Positions 10,417 to 20,522 of a stretch of 64,000 nt of DNA are shown one piece after another. This DNA is from Alphaproteobacteria bacterium (GTDB lineage: Bacteria; Pseudomonadota; Alphaproteobacteria; GCA-2746255), in assembly GCA_965249135.1 (NCBI GenBank), contig OZ252220.1:1536001-1600000 (forward strand), read 5' to 3'. How positions within the stretch are numbered: the first letter of the stretch is position 1; every line of letters starts with the position of its first letter. The notes under the pieces are model-generated. The model was not told where the DNA came from. It saw nothing but the letters and a program-made list of their open reading frames with translations, and did no database searches. A program made the position numbers and the translations under genes.

Positions 10417-10481
10417 GCGATGGACTCCGGAAGTGAGAAAGGCTTGTCCCGCTCGGGACAAGGCCATTCAATGACGACGAA

Positions 10482-12410
10482 TCACTCTTCTTTTTTTTCT
10501 TCGTTTTCTTTGTTTTCGTCGTCGACCTCCTCGAAGTCAGCATCCACGACGGAACCCTCCTCGGCGCCTTCCGTTGCCTCCGGCGCTTCTGTGGCTTCCG
10601 CCTCCTGGCTCGCCTTGTACATGGCCTCGCCAAGTTTCATGGCGGACTGGGCAAGTTTTTCAACGGCCGAACGGATCGCCTGGGTATCCTCTGCGTCTTT
10701 TACGTCGTGAAGCGCCTGCAGATCCGTTTCGATCTGGCCGCGTTCGGCCTCCGGGACCTTGTCGCCATGCTCCTCAAGGTTCTTTTCCGTCGAATAAAGC
10801 AGGACTTCCGCCTGGTTCCGCGCTTCGACGAGTTCGCGCCGCTTCTTGTCCTCATCGGCGTGGCTCTCGGCATCCTGGACCATCTGATCGATTTCCTCTT
10901 CCGACAGTCCGCTGGAGGCCTGGATATGGATCGCCTGTTCCTTGCCGGTCGCCTTGTCTGTCGCAGACACGTTGACGATGCCGTTCGCATCGATGTCGAA
11001 GCGAACCTCGATTTGCGGCAAGCCCCGCGGCGAAGGCGGAATCCCCACCAGGTCGAACTGGCCCAAGAGCTTGTTATCCGAGGCCATTTCGCGTTCGCCT
11101 TGGAACACGCGGATCGTCACCGCCGTCTGATTGTCTTCGGCGGTCGAGAAAATCTGGCTCTTGCGTGTCGGGATCGTCGTGTTGCGATCGATGAGGCGCG
11201 TAAAGACGCCGCCCAAGGTCTCGATGCCAAGGGAAAGGGGGGTGACGTCAAGCAGCAGCACGTCCTTCACGTCGCCTCGTAACACGCCCGCCTGAATGGC
11301 AGCACCAATGGCGACGACTTCGTCCGGGTTGACCCCCTTGTGGGGGTCGCGGCCGAAAATCTGCTTCGCGATCTCGACGATCTTCGGCATCCGCGTCATG
11401 CCCCCGACGAGAATGACCTCGTCGATGTCGGATGCCTTGAGGCCGGCATCCTTCAACGCCGCCTTGCAAGGACCGACCGTGCGCTGGATCAGAGGATCGA
11501 CGAGCGCTTCGAGTTTGGCGCGCGTGAGTTTGATATTCAGATGCTTCGGGCCCGCCTGATCGGCCGTGATGAAGGGAAGGTTCACTTCCGTCTGCATCGC
11601 GCTTGAAAGTTCAATCTTCGCCTTCTCGGCCGCTTCTTTCAGGCGCTGAAGCGCCAAGCGGTCCGAGCGGATATCGATGCCGGATTCCTTTTTGAATTCA
11701 TCCGACAGGTAATCGATCACGCATTTATCGAAGTCCTCGCCGCCGAGAAAGGTGTCACCATTCGTCGACTTCACTTCGAAGACACCTTCGCCGATTTCCA
11801 ATACGGAAATATCGAACGTGCCGCCACCCAGATCATAAACGGCGATCGTGCCAGCCTCCTTTTTCTCGAGCCCATAGGCCAGCGCGGCTGCCGTCGGTTC
11901 GTTGATGATGCGCAGCACCTCGAGCCCAGCGATCTTGCCGGCGTCCTTCGTCGCCTGACGTTGGGAATCGTTGAAGTAGGCGGGCGCCGTGATCACGGCC
12001 TGGTCGACTTCTTCGCCGAGATAGGCTTCCGCCGTCTCCTTCATCTTTTGCAGAATGAAGGCGCTGATCTGGCTTGGGCTGTATTTCTCGTCCCGTGCCT
12101 CGACCCAGGCATCGCCACTGTCGGCGCGGATGATTTCGTAGGGAACCATCTCCTTGTCTTTCTGGGTCGTCGGGTCGTCATAGGGACGTCCGATCAGACG
12201 CTTGATCGCAAAGAGCGTGTTGCGGGGGTTCGTGACGCCTTGACGTTTCGCCGATTGGCCGATCAGGCGTTCGCCCTCGTCCGTGAAGGCCGCCATGGAA
12301 GGCGTCGTGCGGGTGCCCTCCGCGTTCTCGATGACCTTCGCGTTCTTGCCTTCCATGACCGCGACACAGGAATTCGTCGTACCTAGATCGATTCCGATGA
12401 CTTTACCCAT
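10482..12410 (-). CDS. dnaK: Chaperone DnaK (Hsp70)
   Basis: [36 protein letters not shown]; ATG 12410. Confidence 0.99.
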   Translation of the reverse strand: MGKVIGIDLGTTNSCVAVMEGKNAKVIENAEGTRTTPSMAAFTDEGERLIGQSAKRQGVTNPRNTLFAIKRLIGRPYDDPTTQKDKEMVPYEIIRADSGDAWVEARDEKYSPSQISAFILQKMKETAEAYLGEEVDQAVITAPAYFNDSQRQATKDAGKIAGLEVLRIINEPTAAALAYGLEKKEAGTIAVYDLGGGTFDISVLEIGEGVFEVKSTNGDTFLGGEDFDKCVIDYLSDEFKKESGIDIRSDRLALQRLKEAAEKAKIELSSAMQTEVNLPFITADQAGPKHLNIKLTRAKLEALVDPLIQRTVGPCKAALKDAGLKASDIDEVILVGGMTRMPKIVEIAKQIFGRDPHKGVNPDEVVAIGAAIQAGVLRGDVKDVLLLDVTPLSLGIETLGGVFTRLIDRNTTIPTRKSQIFSTAEDNQTAVTIRVFQGEREMASDNKLLGQFDLVGIPPSPRGLPQIEVRFDIDANGIVNVSATDKATGKEQAIHIQASSGLSEEEIDQMVQDAESHADEDKKRRELVEARNQAEVLLYSTEKNLEEHGDKVPEAERGQIETDLQALHDVKDAEDTQAIRSAVEKLAQSAMKLGEAMYKASQEAEATEAPEATEGAEEGSVVDADFEEVDDENKENEEKKEE

Positions 12411-12537
12411 GGTCTCATTTCTCCCTCGGCTGGCCCAGAAGGCCACAAATGGCACCCTCCAAACCCCCATTCCGACCAGTGATATGCAGCGTCAGGATCG
12501 AGAAATCCTTAACGTTTTCGGGGATTCGCTGGGGGAT

Positions 12538-12566
12538 ATATATGTCCTGATCAAGGCGACGACAAC
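12538..12566 (-). promoter_or_regulatory. Putative RpoH (sigma32) promoter of dnaKJ
   Basis: Minus strand GTTG-N18-CATATAT, close to the alphaproteobacterial CTTG-N17/18-CYTATNT consensus. Confidence 0.55.
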
Positions 12567-12595
12567 CGGGGGACGGTGCTTTTTTAGAATACCGT

Positions 12596-12627
12596 ATCCG
12601 GGTGGCACGAAATCCGGGTGGCACGAA
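12596..12627. repeat. Perfect 16-bp tandem duplication ATCCGGGTGGCACGAA x2
   Basis: Read directly; between the grpE stop and the dnaK promoter. Confidence 0.9.
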
Positions 12628-12639
12628 AGGTGAACGCCT

Positions 12640-13278
12640 TCAGGCCTCCGTATCCACGTGGGGCCCCTTTTCTCTTCCGTTTCCGTCCGCCGCCGCCTTC
12701 GCCACGCCGACCATGGCCGGGCGGAGCAGCCGGTCGTTCAGGGTGTAGCCGATCTGCATGACCTCGACGACGGTGCCGGGCGGGGCGTTCGCCGTCTCGA
12801 CCTCGAACATCGCCTGATGGAGGTCGTGATTGAACTTCTCGCCCATCGGATCGACCTTCTGGATGTTGTAACGATCCAGCGTGGCGAGCAGCTCTTTTTC
12901 CGTCATCAAGAGGCCTTCGATCAGAGATTTCATGCCTTCGTCCGACACGCTTCCCACATCCGGCGCGTTCTCGATAGCCCGACGGAGGTTGTCCGCGACA
13001 CCGACAATCGCGCGGGCAAAATCGGCAATCGCAAATTTGCGCGTCTGGTTCTGCTCGCGCTCGGTACGGGCCCGCAGATTTTCCATGTCGGCGAGCGTGC
13101 GCAGCAACTGATCTTTTGCTTCCGCCAACTCGCGCTCGGGATCGGGCTCAGCCGTTTCTTCGCCCGACCCTTGCTGGGTTGCGGCTTCCTGTCCGTCAAG
13201 CTCGGTTTCGTCTTCGCCTGCTTGCGCTTCCGGCATTTCGTCTTCTGCCGGCTTTTCGTCTTCGTCCGGTTTCGTCAT
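12640..13278 (-). CDS. grpE: Nucleotide exchange factor GrpE
   Basis: Acidic N-terminus, LADMENLRAR, VADNLRRA, HQAMFE, GYTLNDRLLRPAMVGV. Confidence 0.96.
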   Translation of the reverse strand: MTKPDEDEKPAEDEMPEAQAGEDETELDGQEAATQQGSGEETAEPDPERELAEAKDQLLRTLADMENLRARTEREQNQTRKFAIADFARAIVGVADNLRRAIENAPDVGSVSDEGMKSLIEGLLMTEKELLATLDRYNIQKVDPMGEKFNHDLHQAMFEVETANAPPGTVVEVMQIGYTLNDRLLRPAMVGVAKAAADGNGREKGPHVDTEA

Positions 13279-13300
13279 ATCGCCAAGATGAATTTTTAGG

Positions 13301-14356
13301 TTATCCGATAAAGCGCCCGATCAATTGAGCAGTGTAATCTACCATCGGAATGATTCGCGCGTAATTAATTCGCGTCGGTCCGACGACACCGATGGCGCCA
13401 ACGATCTGCTGGCGGCTGTTGCGGAAGGGGGAGACGATCATCGCGCAGCCGGAAAGACCAAAGAGTTCGCTTTCCGCGCCGATGAAGATCTGAACGCCTT
13501 GCGCCTTTTCCGAAAGCGAGAGAAGGCGGTTCAACATTTCCTTCCGCTCAAGCGCTTCGAAGAGCGAGCGGATGCGTTCGATTTCCTCGATCGCCGTGAC
13601 ATCCTCGAGAAGGTGCGCCTGACCATGAACGATGAGGGAGGTAGCCCCATCGCCCCCCGACCAGGTCGCAAGCCCTTCGGCGACGACCCGGGAAGTGAGT
13701 TCGTCCAACTGGGTGCGGTGCGCATGAATCTCGTTCAGGATTTCCGCATGCGCCTCCTGAAGTGTGTGCCCGACGAGCCGCGCGGTCAGGTAGTTCGTCG
13801 CCTCGACAAGCGCCGAGGGCGGCAACCCTAGGGGCAATTCGATGATGCGGTTCTCGACGATTTCGTCTTCCGTCACGATCACGACAAGGGCCCGCCTGGG
13901 CCCGACCTGAACGAATTCGATATGTTTCAGCGCGCGTTCCGTCTTCGGCGCAACCACCAGACTTGCGCAGGCGGAAAGACCGGAGAGCGCATGGGAAGCT
14001 TCTTCCAGGAGTTCCTGCATGCTGTGTCCCTCTGGCGTGCATTGGCGTTCGATGTTGCGACGCTCGGGCTCGCTTAAGTCCCCGATCTCGAGAATGCCGC
14101 TGACGAAAAGGCGCAGGCCCGCCTCCGTCGGCAGGCGGCCGGCGGAGGTATGAGGCGAATAAAGCAACCCGGCCGTCTCGAGGTCCGCCATCACGTTGCG
14201 GACCGTGGCCGGGGAAAGGGGGGCACTCAACATCTGGGTGAGCATCGCCGAACCCACCGGTGAGCCCGTCTTCACATAGGCGTCCACGATGCAGCTGAAG
14301 ATTTCCCGGCTACGTTCGTTAAGCTCGACGAACGCTAGATTGCTCTTCTCGGTCAT
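13301..14356 (-). CDS. hrcA: Heat-inducible repressor HrcA
   Basis: PVGS, SPATVRNVMADLE, PHTSAGRLPT, GVVGPTRINY. Confidence 0.96.
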   Translation of the reverse strand: MTEKSNLAFVELNERSREIFSCIVDAYVKTGSPVGSAMLTQMLSAPLSPATVRNVMADLETAGLLYSPHTSAGRLPTEAGLRLFVSGILEIGDLSEPERRNIERQCTPEGHSMQELLEEASHALSGLSACASLVVAPKTERALKHIEFVQVGPRRALVVIVTEDEIVENRIIELPLGLPPSALVEATNYLTARLVGHTLQEAHAEILNEIHAHRTQLDELTSRVVAEGLATWSGGDGATSLIVHGQAHLLEDVTAIEEIERIRSLFEALERKEMLNRLLSLSEKAQGVQIFIGAESELFGLSGCAMIVSPFRNSRQQIVGAIGVVGPTRINYARIIPMVDYTAQLIGRFIG

Positions 14357-14386
14357 GTCTGAAAATGACTGTTTTCCCAAGTCTCT

Positions 14387-14415
14387 AATCTAGGTATCCG
14401 TCCAGGGACCGTCAA
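14387..14415 (-). promoter_or_regulatory. Putative hrcA-grpE promoter
   Basis: TTGACG-N17-TAGATT; also readable as RpoH-type GTTG-N18-CCTAGAT. Confidence 0.6.
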
Positions 14416-14518
14416 CGCGCCACCGCCTCCGGCCCAAGGCTGGACTTCGCCTTCGCTTGCGGGCTAGCTTGGCGACGAGGCACCTCAATTTTCCGAAACT
14501 TCATGGAAAGGACGGCCC

Positions 14519-15238
14519 ATGCGACCTTCCGGCCGCGCGCCCGACGCGCTTCGGGCCGTCCATCTGGAGACCGGCGCAGCCAAGCATGCGGAAGGGTCCT
14601 GCCTCGCGCATTTCGGCGATACCCAGGTCCTGTGTACGGCATCCGTCGAGGAAAGGGTGCCGTTCTTTCTGCGCAATCAGGGGACGGGCTGGATCACCGC
14701 CGAATATGGAATGCTGCCACGTTCCACCAACACCCGGACGGATCGCGAGGCCGTGCGCGGCAAACAATCCGGACGAACCCATGAAATTCAGCGGCTGATC
14801 GGCCGCAGTCTTCGCGCGGTGACGGATTTGACCCTACTTGGTGAACGACAGATCCGGATCGACTGCGACGTTCTACAGGCCGACGGCGGCACGCGAACGG
14901 CAGCCATCACCGGCGCGTACGTTGCCCTTTATCAGGCCTTGGACCTTCTCTTAAAGAACGACGCGTTCCCAACGCTCCCCATCAAGGATCAGGTCGCCGC
15001 CATCTCGTGTGGAATCTGGCAAGGGACGACCATCCTCGATCTCGACTATGCGGAAGACAGCGCGGCGGAGACGGACGCGAATTTCGTACTTACCGGTTCC
15101 GGTGCAATCGTCGAAATCCAGGGGACGGCGGAAGAGGCGCCGTTTGGGAAGGATCAGTTCCTGAAACTGCTGGAGCTTGCCGAAAAGGGGACCGCCGAAC
15201 TCGTCGGACACCAGCGACGAGCTCTTGGCATCGCTTAA
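14519..15238 (+). CDS. rph: Ribonuclease PH
   Basis: [39 protein letters not shown]. Confidence 0.98.
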   Translation: MRPSGRAPDALRAVHLETGAAKHAEGSCLAHFGDTQVLCTASVEERVPFFLRNQGTGWITAEYGMLPRSTNTRTDREAVRGKQSGRTHEIQRLIGRSLRAVTDLTLLGERQIRIDCDVLQADGGTRTAAITGAYVALYQALDLLLKNDAFPTLPIKDQVAAISCGIWQGTTILDLDYAEDSAAETDANFVLTGSGAIVEIQGTAEEAPFGKDQFLKLLELAEKGTAELVGHQRRALGIA

Positions 15239-15241
15239 GCG

Positions 15242-15841
15242 ATGGCCCGGCGATACACCGAGAAGAAACTGGTGCTCGCCAGTCACAATCCCGGCAAGGT
15301 GCGGGAGATTGCCGAGCTTCTCGAGCCGTTCGACGTCTGCGTCCTTTCCGCAGACGACCTCGAGTTGGAAGAGCCGGCGGAGACGGGCGCCACCTTTGCC
15401 CAGAATGCGCAACTGAAGGCGGCGGCGGCGGCCGAGGCCACCGGTCTTCCGGCCTTGGCGGACGATTCCGGCCTCGTCGTGCCGGCGCTGGGCGGGCGGC
15501 CCGGCATCCGTTCGGCGCGCTGGGCAGGCCCCGGCAGGGACTTCAAGGATGCGATGCGCCGCGTCCACGAGATGCTGGAAGGCCACCCGGACAATCGCGC
15601 CCATTTCGTCTGCGCGCTCGCCCTTTGCTGGCCGGATGCCCATTGCGAATGCTTCGAAGGCATTGTCGAGGGCAGGCTTGCCTGGCCGCCGCGGGGCAAG
15701 AGGGGGTTCGGCTACGATCCCATGTTCGTGCCCGAGGGCCATGCGATCACCTTCGGGGAGATGGCGCCCGAGGAAAAACACAAGATCAGTCACCGGGCGA
15801 ACGCCTTTCGGAAACTCATCGAAGCCTGTTTCGTTCGTTAA
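15242..15841 (+). CDS. rdgB: Non-canonical purine NTP pyrophosphatase (RdgB/HAM1)
   Basis: ASHNPGK, ADDSGL, GFGYDP, SHR. Confidence 0.96.
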   Translation: MARRYTEKKLVLASHNPGKVREIAELLEPFDVCVLSADDLELEEPAETGATFAQNAQLKAAAAAEATGLPALADDSGLVVPALGGRPGIRSARWAGPGRDFKDAMRRVHEMLEGHPDNRAHFVCALALCWPDAHCECFEGIVEGRLAWPPRGKRGFGYDPMFVPEGHAITFGEMAPEEKHKISHRANAFRKLIEACFVR

Positions 15842-15850
15842 GGGAAACCG

Positions 15851-17068
15851 ATGTCGCTCAAAACTGCCGACGCGATGAAGGAAGCAAGCCCTAATCTCAC
15901 GGAAACGGGGCTTGCCCTTTACGTGCACTGGCCGTTCTGCCTTTCGAAATGTCCCTATTGCGATTTCAACAGTCATGTGCGCGAGGCGATCGAACCGATA
16001 CGCTGGGAGCGCGCGCTTCTTACGTCCCTCGACCAAGCGGCCAAGGAGACGCCGGGGCGAACGCTTACCAGTCTCTTCTTCGGCGGCGGCACGCCCTCGC
16101 TCATGGCCCCATCGACGGTCGCCCGTCTCGTCAAGCGGGCCAAGACCCACTGGCAAGTAGGCGACGATCTTGAAGTCACGCTGGAGGCGAACCCGACATC
16201 TGCGGAAGAAAGTCGCTTCGAAGCCTTCGCCGAGGCCGGCGTCAACCGGCTTTCGTTGGGCGTACAGGCGTTGCGCGAGGATGCCCTTCGCTTCTTGGGC
16301 CGCGAACACAGCGTGGGTGAGGCGCTTTCGGCGCTGGAAATGGCGAAGGTGACCTTCGCCCGGGTCTCCTTCGACCTTCTCTACGCGCTCCCCGACCAGA
16401 CCCTTGCGGACTGGCGCAGCGAGCTCGAGGAGGCGCTCACGCTGGCGGATGGCCATCTGTCGCTCTACCAGCTCACCATCGAGCCCGGCACCGCCTTCTT
16501 CCAACAGGAGAAGCAGGGCGCCTTCGCCGTCCCGGCCGCGGCATCCGCCGCGCAGCTTTTTGAGACGACCCAAGCCATGGTCGAGCAGGCGGGGTTCGCG
16601 GCTTACGAAATTTCCAACCACGCAAAGCCGGGCGAAGAATGTCGCCACAACCTCGCCTATTGGCGGGGCTGCGAATATATCGGGATCGGTCCCGGGGCGC
16701 ATGGGCGCGTGGGCGGCCGGTCGCACCGGGAAGCGCGCCGAAGCCGGCAGGAAATCCGGCTGCCGGAACGCTGGCTTGCCGCCGTCGAGGACCGGGGCCA
16801 CGGCCTGGAGACGGACGCACCGCTTGATGCAAACGACCGGCTTGCGGAGCTTGTGATGATGGGGCTTCGCCTTCGCGACGGGATCTCGCGCGCCAATTTC
16901 CGCAGCAAAATGGGTTTGGAAATCGAGGCGGCCTTTCCGTCCGCCGCACTCACGGCCTTGCGCGAAGGCGGGTTTCTTGTTCTGGACGAACGCGGCTTGC
17001 GCACCAGCGCGAAGGGGCGGCTCAGGCTCGACGCGATCCTGCCGCGACTCTTAGGAAAGCTAGCTTAA
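15851..17068 (+). CDS. hemW: Radical-SAM heme chaperone HemW
   Basis: YVHWPFCLSKCPYCDFN, GGGTPS, YEISN, HNLAYW. Confidence 0.94.
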   Translation: MSLKTADAMKEASPNLTETGLALYVHWPFCLSKCPYCDFNSHVREAIEPIRWERALLTSLDQAAKETPGRTLTSLFFGGGTPSLMAPSTVARLVKRAKTHWQVGDDLEVTLEANPTSAEESRFEAFAEAGVNRLSLGVQALREDALRFLGREHSVGEALSALEMAKVTFARVSFDLLYALPDQTLADWRSELEEALTLADGHLSLYQLTIEPGTAFFQQEKQGAFAVPAAASAAQLFETTQAMVEQAGFAAYEISNHAKPGEECRHNLAYWRGCEYIGIGPGAHGRVGGRSHREARRSRQEIRLPERWLAAVEDRGHGLETDAPLDANDRLAELVMMGLRLRDGISRANFRSKMGLEIEAAFPSAALTALREGGFLVLDERGLRTSAKGRLRLDAILPRLLGKLA

Positions 17069-18519
17069 CCGCCGCTGAAATTTGCAGGCGCCGGGCTTAC
17101 GACCTTGGGCCCGCGACGTAAGACCTCAAGGACGGCAAGCCCTCGTTCCACCAAGCCATCCCTACGAAAGCGGAAGACGCCATCCACGCCGGCAAACCCG
17201 CCACGAACGGTGAGTGAGAAGTCATCCAACGTCGCACCCGTGCCGACGAGGTCGGCCGCCAGCGCGGTCGCGTCATAGGCAAGGCTCGCAAGACGTAGCG
17301 GCTTTGCCTTAAAGCGTTCCTTGTAGCGACGGACGAAGCGGTCCCACTCCTTCGGCTCCGACGTCGCGTACCATCCGCCGAGAAGCGCCGGTTCCGTTCC
17401 GATCGTCGGATCGTCCCATTGGCCGGTGCCAAGGAAACGAACCCGTTTCGGATCGATGTCGTAATAGGAAAGTAAGGGCGCGATGCTTTTCAACCGATCG
17501 CCGCCCTCGGGCAGCAGGATGGCATCGAAATCGACGTCTCCCAGCGTATCCTGTCCTTTGAGTCCTTCCAGTTCCAACTTCGAAATCTCGTCGGTCAAGG
17601 TCTCGAGTTCGGCCCGGTGTTCCTCCAGGGCTTGCTTGCGCAAGTCATAGTCGGCAAGCTTGCGAACGATTTCCGAGAGCTTCTCCGTGTTCATCGCGGA
17701 AGCCCTATCGTAGAAGACAACCCGCGTAACGACGCCTTCGCTTTTACCGACGGCCTGTTTCAGTGCCTCGACCACCGTATAGCCATAGGCATCCTGCGGT
17801 GCCAGAACGGCGAAGCGCAGAAGACCCTGGTTTTGCGCGAAGGCAACGACCCGTTCGACCTGGGTGCGCGGCAGAAAGCCCATGATGTAAATCCCGCGGC
17901 CGGTCACGCTGCGGTCGGTCGAAAAGGCGACGACCCGGATATTGCGCGCGCGGGCCTCACCGGCGATCGCCGAGACGGACGTGGAAAGCAGCGGGCCTAG
18001 GATCAGGGAAATGTCGCTGTCATAGGCCGCCGCGGCGGCGGCGGCGGCGCCGGACGGCGTGCCTTTCGTGTCGAAAGGAAGCAGGGCGAATTTCTGGCCG
18101 GCCAAATCAAAAAGCGCCAGTTGGGCGGCGCGCAACATGGACTTCCCAAGGGTTGCATTCGGTCCTGAGAGCGGCAGGAGAATGGCGATGCGCTTTCGCT
18201 TCGAGCCCTCCGGCATCCTTGCGACGCGGCGTTCGACCCCTTCCCGCGGGACCGTGCGATTGAGCGAGGCGATGGCCGTCGTCGTTTCACGCAGCGAGGC
18301 GTCCTTACCGCGGGTTCGATCGTATTCGCTGGGAATGGGAAGCGGCGCTTCCTTAACCGGCGTCGAGGGCGAGCTTTTGGGAGGCGGTGCCTCTTGCATT
18401 CGCGGCGAGCCCTTCGATACGCTGGAGCACCCAACCAACAGGCAAAGCGGAAGAGCCAAACATGCCCAAGCCAACGGGCGCAACCAGCAAGAAAAAGGGG
18501 CGGCGGCAAGAAGGCGCAC
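17065..18519 (-). CDS. LpoA/LppC-like penicillin-binding-protein activator lipoprotein
   Basis: Lipobox LVGC; IAILLPLSG, ILGPL, LAYDA, GFAGVDGVFRF..GLVERGLAV; divergent from rsmI; start uncertain. Confidence 0.82.
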   Translation of the reverse strand: MRLLAAAPFSCWLRPLAWACLALPLCLLVGCSSVSKGSPRMQEAPPPKSSPSTPVKEAPLPIPSEYDRTRGKDASLRETTTAIASLNRTVPREGVERRVARMPEGSKRKRIAILLPLSGPNATLGKSMLRAAQLALFDLAGQKFALLPFDTKGTPSGAAAAAAAAYDSDISLILGPLLSTSVSAIAGEARARNIRVVAFSTDRSVTGRGIYIMGFLPRTQVERVVAFAQNQGLLRFAVLAPQDAYGYTVVEALKQAVGKSEGVVTRVVFYDRASAMNTEKLSEIVRKLADYDLRKQALEEHRAELETLTDEISKLELEGLKGQDTLGDVDFDAILLPEGGDRLKSIAPLLSYYDIDPKRVRFLGTGQWDDPTIGTEPALLGGWYATSEPKEWDRFVRRYKERFKAKPLRLASLAYDATALAADLVGTGATLDDFSLTVRGGFAGVDGVFRFRRDGLVERGLAVLEVLRRGPKVVSPAPANFSGG

Positions 18520-19424
18520 GGAAGACCTCCGAAAAGCGTCTGAAGCGAACCGCCAAGGCTAGCGGTTGGCCCCCCGGAAGTAAACGGGGGGGCCTCGTTT
18601 TGGTCGCGACCCCTATCGGAAACTTAGGCGACATCACCGTTCGGGCCATCGAGGCCCTGCGCCAAGCCGATGTCATCGTGTGTGAGGATTCGCGCGTCAC
18701 CCGAAAGCTGCTCGGCAAATACGGCATCGGCGGGCGGCTCTCCGTCTATCACGAGCACAACGCAAAAACCGCGCGCCCGCGCCTGCTCAGAAGGCTTAAG
18801 GCGGGGGAAACGCTCGCCCTTGTCTCGGATGCAGGCACACCGTTGATTTCGGATCCGGGCTATAAGCTGGTCCGTGCCGCCATCGAGGCCGATATTGCGC
18901 TTACCTTCCTTCCCGGGCCCTCTGCGCTGATCGCCGCCCTCGTCCTTTCCGGCCTTCCGCCGGACCGTTTCTTCTTCGGCGGCTTCCTGCCCGCCAAGGC
19001 GGCAGCGAAGCGGCGCGAGATCGAACGGCTTGCCCCGCTGCCGGCGACGCTCGTCTTCTTCGAATCAACGAAACGCCTGGCCAGCACCTTGCGCGCCCTG
19101 GCCTGCCAGCTTGGCGCGCGGGAGGCGGCGGTCGTTCGGGAGGCAACCAAGCTTCATGAGGAAGTGCGCCGCGGATCACTGGCGAACCTTGCCGAATCTT
19201 ACGAGGCGGCGGGCGCACCGAAAGGCGAGGTCGTGCTCGTCATCGGCCCGCCTCTAGAGGCCGAGGCCGGCGTTCCGGATGCCGAATGCCTTGGGCTGTT
19301 GCGCCAGGCGTTGGGGAGTAAGAGTCTCCGCGACGCCACGGACGAGGTCGCCGCAAAAACCGGCCGTAAACGCCGCGAGGTCTATGCGCTTGCCCTCGAA
19401 CTCAGCAAGGAAACAAGGGGTTGA
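18462..19424 (+). CDS. rsmI: 16S rRNA C1402 2'-O-methyltransferase
   Basis: VATPIGNLGDIT, VSDAGTPLISDPG, REATKLHEE; start uncertain (ATG 18462 overlaps the lpoA 5' end). Confidence 0.93.
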   Translation: MPKPTGATSKKKGRRQEGARKTSEKRLKRTAKASGWPPGSKRGGLVLVATPIGNLGDITVRAIEALRQADVIVCEDSRVTRKLLGKYGIGGRLSVYHEHNAKTARPRLLRRLKAGETLALVSDAGTPLISDPGYKLVRAAIEADIALTFLPGPSALIAALVLSGLPPDRFFFGGFLPAKAAAKRREIERLAPLPATLVFFESTKRLASTLRALACQLGAREAAVVREATKLHEEVRRGSLANLAESYEAAGAPKGEVVLVIGPPLEAEAGVPDAECLGLLRQALGSKSLRDATDEVAAKTGRKRREVYALALELSKETRG

Positions 19425-19816
19425 CGGGAAAAGCGGCAAGAGCGGGACGGGGAAGAAAAGCGGAGCGTTACGGGCGCTTCGCGGAAAATGTGTGCGCCTG
19501 CATCCTCTGGTGCAAGGGCTACCGGATTGTGGCGCGACGCCACCGCACGCCGGTCGGCGAGCTTGACGTCATTGCGCGCCGCGGACCGGCCCTTGTTTTC
19601 GTCGAGATCAAGGCGCGTGAAAATACAGATGCCGCGAGCGAGGCGTTCACCACGAGGCAGCAAACCCGAATCCTGCGCGCCGCGGAACATTTCCTGAGTG
19701 CGCGGCCGGAATTTGCGAACGCCGAGATCCGTTTCGATGCGATGCTGGTTGGCCATCGCACCTTGCCGCGTCACGTGAAGGATGCTTGGCGAAAGGGATT
19801 CGATGGCATTAGATAG
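19421..19816 (+). CDS. yraN: YraN-family nuclease
   Basis: GELDVIARR, LVFVEIKAR, RFDA; PD-(D/E)xK-type layout. Confidence 0.9.
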   Translation: MTGKAARAGRGRKAERYGRFAENVCACILWCKGYRIVARRHRTPVGELDVIARRGPALVFVEIKARENTDAASEAFTTRQQTRILRAAEHFLSARPEFANAEIRFDAMLVGHRTLPRHVKDAWRKGFDGIR

Positions 19817-20447
19817 GCCGGGCATGACTCTTTCGTTTCTTTGCCGCCTTCGTTTTGCATCTTTGCTCGTGCTCATCTCATGGGCCGTCGGCCTTTCGGG
19901 ATGTTCCGTCGCCGGGGTTGCGATCGGCGCCGGTGCCGGCACGGCCGTCGCCGCCTCGGAGGAACGCGGACTGGGTGGAGCGATCAGCGACACGGCCATT
20001 CAAACGAAAATTAACTACGCATTGCTGGACAAGGATTTGAGTCTGTTTCGCCGCGTCAGCACCAGCGTTCACGAAGGCCGCGTTCTTTTGATGGGAATCG
20101 TTCCAAACGAGGATGCCATGACGAGCGCCGTCAAAATAACCTGGCAGGTGGAAGGCGTGCGCGAGGTGATCAACGAAATACGCATCGCGCCGGACGCGGA
20201 GATCGCGGACGACGTACGCGACAGCTGGATCACCGCAAAACTTCGCACGCGGATCATGTTCGACAAGGAAATCAAGGCGATCAATTATTCGATCGAAACG
20301 ATTGATCGGGTGATTTACCTTCTGGGCATCGCCCAGGATGCGGAAGAGCTTGATCGCGTCATCCGGACCGCCCGCGACATCGAATACGTGGAGAAAATCG
20401 TAAGCCACGTGCTGCTGAAGGGCGACTCCAGGCGGAAGGCGACGTAA
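19803..20447 (+). CDS. Dual-BON-domain lipoprotein (DolP/YraP-like)
   Basis: Lipobox LSGC; GRVLLMG, DSWITAKLR, IYLLGIA. Confidence 0.88.
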   Translation: MALDRPGMTLSFLCRLRFASLLVLISWAVGLSGCSVAGVAIGAGAGTAVAASEERGLGGAISDTAIQTKINYALLDKDLSLFRRVSTSVHEGRVLLMGIVPNEDAMTSAVKITWQVEGVREVINEIRIAPDAEIADDVRDSWITAKLRTRIMFDKEIKAINYSIETIDRVIYLLGIAQDAEELDRVIRTARDIEYVEKIVSHVLLKGDSRRKAT

Positions 20448-20522
20448 GCTCCGCTTGGGCTGGCGCCGCCTTCCATTCTTTCCTATCCTTCCCTTCCCTC
20501 AAACAAACCCGAGCGACCAGCC

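Noticed and set aside
12603-12635. TGGCAC in the 16-bp repeat as a sigma54 promoter
   Set aside because: No TTGC at the -12 position for either copy, and no plus-strand gene follows.
12411-14518. CIRCE operator near hrcA/grpE/dnaK
   Set aside because: No TTAGCACTC-N9-GAGTGCTAA seen in these intergenic regions; consistent with HrcA acting at groESL in alphaproteobacteria.
14951-16801. 616-aa antisense ORF over rph-rdgB-hemW, and similar long shadow ORFs (2607-3791, 4959-6044, 9502-10710, 27135-28220, 46884-48362, 52251-53762)
   Set aside because: They lie opposite well-conserved genes and have no recognisable motifs. Stop-poor antisense frames are expected from high-GC codon bias.
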